Shown here: in pieces, positions 55,901 through 64,000 of the stretch
Position numbering within the stretch: the first letter of the stretch is position 1
Layout: every line of letters starts with the position of its first letter
Origin: Albugo candida
Taxonomy: Eukaryota
Assembly: GCA_040437565.1 (NCBI GenBank)
Contig: JBDOQK010000020.1
Coordinates: 248,001 to 312,000 of the forward strand
Reading direction: 5' to 3'
DNA: 64,000 nucleotides
Position numbers and translations under genes: made by a program
The notes under the pieces: generated by a model
Told to the model about the DNA's origin: nothing
Databases searched by the model: none
What the model saw: the letters and a program-made list of their open reading frames with translations, nothing else

Positions 55901-56334
55901 TCTTGACATCTGTATTCCAGCACGCTGGACCTCGGCGAATATTCTTCTCAAGCTTCGACCCGCATGTGTGCATGATGCTCCACTCGAAACAGGTCAAATA
56001 TGCAGTATTTTTTCTATCGTGTGGAGCTTTGGAATGCATAAAAAGTCGAAATGTGTGCGAAACACTTGAGTTCGCATTGGAATTTGCTCAATTGGAACAA
56101 TTGCAAGGTGTTGTCACAGACTCTTCAGTTTTTCTGGAAAACGAAGAGATGATGGACTACGTGAAAGAAGCAGCACCTGACCTACTTTGGATGACATACG
56201 GGGATCAAAATACCAGCTTTGATGCGTTTCAACTCCAGAAAAAACATGCGCTAGATGCAGTCATTAGCGATAATATCGGCGATTTGATTCGAAAGGAGCG
56301 GAAATTAAAAGATCGATTGTCGCAGGATATGTAA
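52946..56334 (+). CDS. Glycerophosphodiester phosphodiesterase (GPCPD1/GDE5-like) with CBM20, F-type lectin-like and cNMP-binding domains
   Basis: CBM20 (VIGNVRELGEWN, IEYKYI, WETIPGNR); F-type lectin/F5-8-like (NVAKNKATTQSS, NPWWQVDL, GQFVRVQM, LQFAELEVY); cNMP-binding (YGPNDVILPYGE..IWFIRTGKV..FNELAL); GDPD (IGHRG, RENSLASF, VEVDVQLTKD, NIEIKYP). Confidence 0.9.
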
Positions 56335-56353
56335 ACGAAGAGGTGCACCCGAA

Positions 56354-59306
56354 ATGATCGCGAATCAAATTCCCGACGATAGCGGTGTACCGCAGCCTGT
56401 ATGCTCGCGTTTATTCATCGTGTGCGGAAGAAATCGTACACTGGAGCAGGTTGAGACGATGTTTAGCGTATGTGGTACGATAATTCAATCACATCTCGCT
56501 TTGGATCGCAGTAATAAGTCGAGAGTATATGATCAATGTTTGTTATGACATTTTATTTTCTCATACACTGCTCCATAGGGGTTTGCTTTTTTGCAATTTG
56601 AAAGCGTTAAAAGTGCGCTGAAAGCGATCGAAATGTTCGACAGATTTGAACTTCCCGACGGTCATATTCTCCGCGTTTCAGTAGCTCGAGAAAAACATCG
56701 TTCTGCTGCTCCATGTACCGCGAAAGGCTATAAGGATTCGACGCAATCCGCGTCTATGGAGCCCAATATGGGATCAAATAGTCGCTATGCGGCGAGAGAA
56801 GCTGTTGAGTATCGAGTAAAAGACGAATTACTTCCATTTTCATCCCAAAAAAAAGTGAAAAATAATAGTGAGACCTGCCAAAAAGCCTTTCGGGAAAAAC
56901 GAGTCGGTCTATTGAAACGAATGAATCCTAAAGTATCGCATGGTTATCCTCGACGGAAAACGTATCAACACGCTTCCGCGTTCTCATCAGCAAAAGCCGC
57001 ACAGCGAGTCTCATCCGCGAGAATGACAAATGTTGATAGAAGAAGGCGCGGGTACATTCCACAAGATGAGCTGTACTCAATGAATTGGACACAAAGTCGG
57101 GCTGAAAGTATTGAGAAGCCATCAAGTACAGCAGATGAGGTCACTGGTGTGCTCGAGCGTATGATACAAACACTAGAGAATGGCATGACGATACTCGCAA
57201 CTGAATCGCAAAATGATACATTAGAAGCCTACAAAAGATGTAAACACAGCAAAATGTGTCTCGCAAGCGACGTGGGACATGCAGAAGACTTCCTGACCGA
57301 AGATTTGACCAGTTTTATTGACTCTGTGTCTATAAATTCCGACTCCAACAAGCTCGGCACTGGAAGAACTCGTTCTTCTTGCACGATGTCCCGTTCAGAC
57401 CACGCCAGCAAGAGACTCAAGCACGAGGCGTTGAGCTCTAATCACCACAAAATGCATTTTGCGGACTCCGATATAGAGAGCACGAGCTGTACCAGAAGAC
57501 AAAATCAAGACGAAAATGTTGTCGGGAAAAGTAGAAAGCTACAAAGGACGTGTTCAGCAATCCAACCTGCCCCACAGGAACACCCCGTCAACGAGACCTC
57601 GCCGAGCTTGCAATTCATCAGACGGGCTCGCGGCTCCAGTGATGAATCAGCTTCACCCTTTGTAAATCGAAAAAAAGCAGGATGCAAACATCCACAAGCG
57701 AGTAAACATTCGGCGTCATTCGAGCTGACCGACACGCGTGACTCATGCAAGAAGATACGCTCAAAAACCTCCACTCTATTTTTCGTGTCCAGCTACAAGT
57801 TCACTGACCAAGAGTTGGAGGCTCTTTTTGGCGCATACAACGGTCTCGAATCCATCCATCGCGTCAAGACTTTTGGCCGGATCAAGACTATGGCTTACAT
57901 CAAATATTCCAAGGTACCCTTCATTCTGAGCCTTTACCACTCATTGAATGTTATATCTCGTTAGCCGTCTGAAGCTCAAAGTGTGTTGGACGCCTTTCAA
58001 GAGGAAGCAGCAGATAGCAAGGATGTCATCATGAAGGTAGGTTTCCAAGCGCTACTGCCAGAATCCCCGTCACGTCGTTCTGTAGCTCACATTAGCTGAG
58101 AGTAAGAAGGAAAATATCAACCGGATGGTGCAAGTCGGTAGTACGGACGTACAAGATGCAAGCGATACAGCTCTTCCGCCAGACGAACACTCTCATCCTT
58201 CATCACAATGGATTCTCGTTCTACACGATCAACGCATTCCTAAATCCATCATTTCCTCGCGTATCTCTCAGTACGAAAAGGTCGAAAGCGTGCAATTCCA
58301 ACGACCAGAGAACAAAAATACACAATGTGTTGCGTATGCAAAATTCGAGGACGAGCAAGCCGCCAAGCAAGCGATAAGAGATTTACATCGTTCTCAAATT
58401 GCTCCTTACGACGATGGAAAGTACTATGAGCTCCAAGCAGTTCTGACCGCCAAACCGAACATGTGTAATGATACTTTACAGCCGTCATCGGTGAGCTCGG
58501 GTTTGGAATATGACTCGACTTTGGCTCCAAAACGTCGCGTCGCTGGATTCGGCAAAGATGAAGCCGATTTGGTTGCTGTCGAGACGCAATTCGCTCATAT
58601 GATGCGTAACAGCGGCGTCGGTCAATATGCTCCAAGAAACGCATTGGCGTATGAGTCCCATCCACACAATCTTCTCAATCCGCAGGAAGCATTGCCTTCA
58701 TCATATTCGCAACAATACTCCAACTACGGTCCAGAATCTTGCACTTTTATGGGCTATCGCACACCAATCGCCTTCTCCATACGTGATGGACTCGAAGCGT
58801 GCGCATACGATCCTTACTTTGCGACTCCGTACGAGTACATGGACACGTACTACGATCCTTATGGCCGACCGGATCCAGGTTGGGGTGAAGGCCCGGACAC
58901 GCAACTACTGGATGACACGGATACAATTGATGACGAGGGATCTTATGTCACAACGTCAAACTCGAGTGTTCTGATCTACGCATCGGGTCCTCTGCAACTC
59001 GCATCAGTGGCGAAGCTCTTAGAGTCTTTCACGGGTGTCCTCGCCCTGCAAAAAGAAAAAGGCACCAGTTTCATTGAAGAGGAGACACAATTCTTCCCAG
59101 CTTTTCTTGTAGAATTTCGAGACGTCGAGCAGGCAAATGAAGCATCAAAAGAATTGGACCAAATGACATGTTGTGGTCAAGTTCTTCGAGCCCAAATTGT
59201 GGCAACTTATAGTAATCCCAACTCGAGTTCTCAAGATGTCACGGAAGCGTTGAATGTTCGTCGAAACAAACGCCAACGACTCGATCCACGCGGCCGACAA
59301 CAATGA
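56354..59306 (+). CDS. Multi-RRM RNA-binding protein, RBM45-like; multi-exon
   Basis: RRM1 SRLFIVCGR...SR/GFAFLQF spans an intron; further RRM-like units (TLFFVSS..MAYIKYSK; VAYAKFEDEQAAKQAI; FLVEFRDVEQANEA). Confidence 0.75.
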
Positions 59307-59339
59307 AAACCCACACACATTTTATGGCGATCTCTTTCC

Positions 59340-60473
59340 TCAATTTATATGCATACGACGGATGTGACGCCCGCACTGTTTCATAGAGGTACGAGCGTGT
59401 AAAGTGGCCACATTATCAGCAATTAAAAACTCTCCACTCAACCAGGTGTGGCGATAACAGAACTCATCAGAGTAGAGATGGTGTACAATTGCTTCTTTAG
59501 CCCATGCCGCATCTTGAGTCTTCTGCTTTGTAGATGCTGATCCGTGTGAGGAAACATTAATACAGCTGTGTTTGGTCATGTTTTTCGACCAAGGTTCGTG
59601 ATAGCGAATGACTCGTTCGCGTGTGATGGGGTGAGAACCAATCAATGGTGAAATATGGAGAAGATGCGAGTGGTCGAACATTGGTGTGCGGTATGCTAGC
59701 GTGATACGCTTGGCTCGACCACGATCGCGTTTGCTCCACTTCTTCCAGATCCTTCGGGTATCGGTAATCAAAGTCTTTCCCGACTCATTTTCGTTGGGCT
59801 GTGGGTATGCGTTGATACAATGAAACAACTGAAACAACGGGACGTCTCCCAATGTCTCTGCGTCGTCGGATTTCTTTTTAAACATTCCATCAAAATGCAT
59901 TGGTAATGGCTCTAAAGATTGAGAATTGCTATTGCCTTTGGGCGCTGAGTGGATGTCCAAAACTTTACCGAAATGATGTTTCCATTCCAAAATAGAGCCA
60001 ACATGCTCGGCAATCTCGCACAGGTCATCGTCTTGTTTAAAGCCGCGAAGGCTCACACACGCATGCTTGTGTACAAGTTGACGCAATGAAGCGGCTGGAA
60101 TACTCAGCATTGATGGAGGCTCAGGCCCACGTGCTTGGATGATCAGAACAGTATTTTGTTCGATGCATTCTACGTCCAAATGACCGCACTCAGGAAGCGA
60201 TATTGGCACTCTCCATGGCACAAAGTGAACAACAAAGCCAGGGGACGACTCAACTGGAACAAGTATCATATGGGCGCTCAAAATGGCACTGAGATCGAAA
60301 TTCCCACGTGATCCAAATCGCAAACGTAAGCTTTTCCAATGCGGAAAATGCATCTTCAATATAAAATCAATGCGTTCACCGAATATTTGGATACACCGAT
60401 GATTCAAATTCATTTTTTGCTGAAGAACGACACTTGCGTTTTTTTCCATCTTATTGGAAGAGCAGTGATGCAT
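59340..60473 (-). CDS. TauD/TfdA-family Fe(II)/2-oxoglutarate dioxygenase, PvcB-like
   Basis: VSLRGF, ILEW..FGKVLDI, PMHFDGMFK (HxD), VPLFQLFHC, GKTLITD, IRYHEPW, HTWLSGEFLIADNVATLHAR, RHIRRMHI. Single exon. Confidence 0.88.
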   Translation of the reverse strand: MHHCSSNKMEKNASVVLQQKMNLNHRCIQIFGERIDFILKMHFPHWKSLRLRFGSRGNFDLSAILSAHMILVPVESSPGFVVHFVPWRVPISLPECGHLDVECIEQNTVLIIQARGPEPPSMLSIPAASLRQLVHKHACVSLRGFKQDDDLCEIAEHVGSILEWKHHFGKVLDIHSAPKGNSNSQSLEPLPMHFDGMFKKKSDDAETLGDVPLFQLFHCINAYPQPNENESGKTLITDTRRIWKKWSKRDRGRAKRITLAYRTPMFDHSHLLHISPLIGSHPITRERVIRYHEPWSKNMTKHSCINVSSHGSASTKQKTQDAAWAKEAIVHHLYSDEFCYRHTWLSGEFLIADNVATLHARTSMKQCGRHIRRMHIN

Positions 60474-60711
60474 TAATAGCGGTCAAAATTGAGGAATGTC
60501 ACTAGCACGGAGAATTGAATTGTTGGGAAGAGTAGGTGCTGCATCATTGATGCATTCAAGGTGATCAATCGATCACCTTGAAAACAGATGTGATCATATT
60601 GCTGCATACGCCTTTCGCTTCCTGCAATCACCAAAAACGATCATACGCTTCTCGCGCTGGCTCGTGGACTGAATACTCGTATTTACTTGAAATCATACGG
60701 TACCACTGTAA

Positions 60712-63693
60712 ATGAATCGAATTTGGTCGCTATGCGTCCATTGCATCGGATTATATCTCTTCACATCGGGTTTCTTCCTTACACGCTTTGAAGTCACAAA
60801 CCATAGCAGCTGTGAGGATCATCCGCTTCAATTCAACCCCACAATACTGCATTTACGGGAAAGAATCGATGTAAACGTTCCATCCTCCATCCGCGACATC
60901 CCCTGGCTTCGAAATGACACGAAGCATAACGCGACGTCAGGGAATTGCTGGATGAAAGCGCGATTCAAACGTGTTATCTTTGTGATTATAGACGCCCTTC
61001 GCTACGATTTCGTTGTTCCACCGACAAACACATCAGAAAACACTTATAATTTGTATCATAATCGACTTCCTATTCTCATTGAAACGCTACAAAAACACCC
61101 AAAACACACGAGAATCCATAAATTTGTAGCAGATCCACCGACAATGACGATGCAGCGTCTAAAAGGCTTGACAACTGGCAGTTTGCCCACATTTCTCGAT
61201 ATCAAAGACAATTTGCATAGCACCAAAATATACGAAGATAACTTATTAGACCAAGTCATCGAGGCTTCCCTTCGAGAACGAAAACGCCAAATAATCTTCA
61301 TGGGAGACGATACTTGGGAGGGATTGTACAACACGCAATTCACGCGGAAATACGCATTCGATTCGTTCAATGTCAAAGATTTGGATACAGTTGATCACGG
61401 TGTCGTGTCCAATTTGTTTCCAGAGCTCGCTCGTTACCGAGAATGGGACTTGTTGATTGCCCATTTTCTTGGGGTCGATCATGTTGGCCATACATTTGGA
61501 CCAAACACCACATACATGAGCGATAAGCTCGATGAAATGAATACCGTTCTGACCAAACTCATACACGAGCTACCAGACTCTGATACTTTGCTGGTGGTCA
61601 TGGGCGATCACGGGATGTCGGCGGAAGGGAATCATGGTGGGGCCACCGATGAGGAGACTGGAGCAGCTTTATTTCTTTACAGTAATTCTCCGTTTCTCAG
61701 CGACCTGATGGAAGACCACGTAGCGTCCAATGATTGTGTTGATGGTTGTAGCGATTTTGAAAATGTCATCAAGCAAATGTGGACGCAACAAAACGTTCCT
61801 CAGGTCGATATCGTTCCTTCGTTGGCACTTTTATTGGGCATTGCGATTCCATTTGGAAATCTCGGAAGCATTATTCCGTCCATGTTTTACTTTGGTCAAG
61901 ACGATCACAAAGACCCAAAGTTGGCCAGATTATCGCGGCTAGAGACCGTGAATATGGCATTCCTACTGAACGTTCGACAGGTCCGACGATATTTGTTCAC
62001 GTATACGGCGACATCCAACCTTCCAGTCGCGATTTTTGACCAGCTCGAATCATTATACGCTCAGATCGTTGACGTTGAGGAGCAATTAGCTCAGCTTTGG
62101 AAGCGCTCTCAGGGCACTCAGAGTGTCGATTCAGCGATCAAACTCCATCTCCAGCTATTCATCCGAGCTGAAACGTATCTTCGCGAGACGCTGCATTCCG
62201 GTCGAGCCATGTGGACGCAATTCAATCTCATTGAAATGACGTGGGGGATCATTTTACTATTATGGAATCTCTTCATGGTGCTTGCGTCTTTGAGGTCGTA
62301 CTCTTCAACTGGAAGCAAATTTCCATTTCTCGGCTGCGTAATGGGAGCCAGCATCCCGCTACTGCTAAAGCTTGATACGATCCCATTCATTCCTGCTCAT
62401 AAAACAGGTCAAGTGACTTTCCTTTGTGGACTTCTCGGGATGTGTCAATCATCGTGGTCATGGATCACATCTCGAAAAAATTCGCGCGAGAATTTCCAGC
62501 AGCTCAATTTCGTTGTGGTCGCTTCTCTTTCAACGATCCTGCTGCATGTGATGGCTCTGTTCACCAACAGTTATATCGTAGCAGAGCATCAAGTGATGCA
62601 GTTTCTTCTAGTGACACTTGGAGCCTCTCACGCAATTCAAAGTATCCAGCAGAAAAATCGATCAAATGTCGTGTACGCAAGCCTGGCGTTGATGCTATTG
62701 ACACGTATCGCCACAGGAATCCCGTCACCGAATGTCATCCAGTCACAACTCTCATTTTGGAGATCGCTGTTGCCCATATTCGGGCACGGAAGTGCCATCA
62801 CAACGCTTTTCTGGAACTCGAGCAGAAATATAACACATCGGCGCTCTAGGCTTTATTTCAGGATGATCCCGGCGCTGTGCTGGCTTCAGTTTATTTGTGT
62901 CTTGTTATACTGGAGCTATTCGCCAATTTCAAGTGCTTTCTGGAGACAATGGCTTCCTCGATTTGTCTTTTTGACCCCTATTTTCCATTTCATCGTCACG
63001 ATCAATCAAAATAAATCATTGTATATCGCGTGGCATCATCGTGACCATATCATCTATCTCCCAGCAGCGATTACATCATCGGCGATTCTGCTTGTTCCAG
63101 CGTACATGTTGATCCTTGGACCTTTATCTCCACTCTCCGTCATGCTTTTGCTCGGTCAAATCATCTGCTTCGCGTTCATCATCCATTGCATGGACCCGTT
63201 TCCAGGCTCAAAAACAAAGCCATTGAGTGTCATCGCATGTGCTTTGTGCTGGTGTACAATGTCGTACCATTCGTTCTTCTTCACTGGTCATGAGAATGCA
63301 TTCTCGAGTCTTCAAAATGCCGCTGGGTTTATCGGTTTCGATGACTTTTGCTTTCATTGGGCCGGGATATTGTTGGCGTTCAATACGTTTGGGAATTACA
63401 TGCTTCAAGCTCTTTTGATGGCGATCGTATTACGTATTCGAGTCGGGTCTTCCACAAGTCCAATAACGAGGGCAACGATACGCACAAAATTGGATAGAAA
63501 CACTGCTTCGACAACCGCTATCGCGTACTTTTCTCTCAACGCGTGTGTGACAACGGTTTTTGTCGCTATGCAGAGACGTCATCTGATGGTTTGGTCGATA
63601 TTCTCGCCCAAATTCGTCTTTGATGCTATCACATCCATCCTTTGGTATCTGTTGGCAGTGTCGCTTTGCGGTTGGCATCGAAACAATTCTTAG
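60712..63693 (+). CDS. PIGO: GPI ethanolamine phosphate transferase 3 (PIG-O/Gpi13)
   Basis: GFFLTR, IIDALRYDF, ADPPTMTMQRLKGLTTGSLPTF, FMGDDTW, SFNVKDLDTVD, HFLGVDHVGH, MGDHGM..GNHGG, multi-TM C-terminus, RRHLMVWSIFSPKF. Confidence 0.96.
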   Translation: MNRIWSLCVHCIGLYLFTSGFFLTRFEVTNHSSCEDHPLQFNPTILHLRERIDVNVPSSIRDIPWLRNDTKHNATSGNCWMKARFKRVIFVIIDALRYDFVVPPTNTSENTYNLYHNRLPILIETLQKHPKHTRIHKFVADPPTMTMQRLKGLTTGSLPTFLDIKDNLHSTKIYEDNLLDQVIEASLRERKRQIIFMGDDTWEGLYNTQFTRKYAFDSFNVKDLDTVDHGVVSNLFPELARYREWDLLIAHFLGVDHVGHTFGPNTTYMSDKLDEMNTVLTKLIHELPDSDTLLVVMGDHGMSAEGNHGGATDEETGAALFLYSNSPFLSDLMEDHVASNDCVDGCSDFENVIKQMWTQQNVPQVDIVPSLALLLGIAIPFGNLGSIIPSMFYFGQDDHKDPKLARLSRLETVNMAFLLNVRQVRRYLFTYTATSNLPVAIFDQLESLYAQIVDVEEQLAQLWKRSQGTQSVDSAIKLHLQLFIRAETYLRETLHSGRAMWTQFNLIEMTWGIILLLWNLFMVLASLRSYSSTGSKFPFLGCVMGASIPLLLKLDTIPFIPAHKTGQVTFLCGLLGMCQSSWSWITSRKNSRENFQQLNFVVVASLSTILLHVMALFTNSYIVAEHQVMQFLLVTLGASHAIQSIQQKNRSNVVYASLALMLLTRIATGIPSPNVIQSQLSFWRSLLPIFGHGSAITTLFWNSSRNITHRRSRLYFRMIPALCWLQFICVLLYWSYSPISSAFWRQWLPRFVFLTPIFHFIVTINQNKSLYIAWHHRDHIIYLPAAITSSAILLVPAYMLILGPLSPLSVMLLLGQIICFAFIIHCMDPFPGSKTKPLSVIACALCWCTMSYHSFFFTGHENAFSSLQNAAGFIGFDDFCFHWAGILLAFNTFGNYMLQALLMAIVLRIRVGSSTSPITRATIRTKLDRNTASTTAIAYFSLNACVTTVFVAMQRRHLMVWSIFSPKFVFDAITSILWYLLAVSLCGWHRNNS

Positions 63694-63765
63694 TGAATAC
63701 GCAGGTAAGAGGTATCGAATTGCATGTCATCCGGTCCATAGACAATTCTTTTCATTCCAACGTCG

Positions 63766-64000
63766 CTAACTCTGGTCCATTGGAGTACGTGAAGGTCTTG
63801 ACTGCTCTTCCAGTCGGACTGCTTGAAATCGCTCATTGCTTGCACGGATCTCATCCTCACTGTCATCGTACTCGATAGTGTCGGCGTCGATATCGACTAC
63901 GGCTGAATTAGTTTCTGCTTCATCGTCTGCGTCAAGGTCATCATCACTCGCAATCATCCCGAGCTCTTCGTTGCTCACATTCCGTCGAAGCAAGTGTTCT
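63766..64000 (-). CDS. Acidic C-terminus of a gene extending beyond the window
   Basis: Frame open from the window edge, Asp/Glu-rich (SDDDLDADDEAE...EYDDSEDE), stop at 63766. Product not identifiable. Confidence 0.6.
   Translation of the reverse strand, partial: EHLLRRNVSNEELGMIASDDDLDADDEAETNSAVVDIDADTIEYDDSEDEIRASNERFQAVRLEEQSRPSRTPMDQS

Overview
Eukaryotic, intron-containing draft scaffold with many fixed-length 100-N gaps. Short GT-AG introns (~45-80 bp), very tight gene packing, INR+FPR-like core promoters and the gene content point to an oomycete, possibly Albugo-like; this is inference, as no marker gene was checked. The window has three parts. (1) A gene-dense block at 1-16.9 kb: hnRNP-type Gly-rich C-terminus, SUV3, a CCX/NCLX exchanger, MED12, a VHS-domain gene split by an intron and a gap, and organellar LeuRS. 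(2) A ~29 kb gene-sparse block at 17-46 kb: decayed Gypsy and Copia LTR elements with readable LTRs and target-site duplications (TSDs), a Mutator-like element, and a duplicated unit made of a degraded USP-like pseudogene plus a small secreted-protein gene. That secreted family has two apparently intact spliced members and one pseudogene, all sharing a conserved upstream module, and is the best candidate for an undescribed system here (candidate effectors). (3) A gene-dense block at 46-64 kb: TAF13, ASF1, FBXO15-like, an ApaH-like phosphatase, an uncharacterised 851-aa membrane protein, a CBM20/F-type lectin/cNMP-binding/GDPD fusion, RBM45-like, a lone PvcB-like dioxygenase and PIG-O. All family calls come from motif recognition by eye; no database searches were run, and splice models are predictions.
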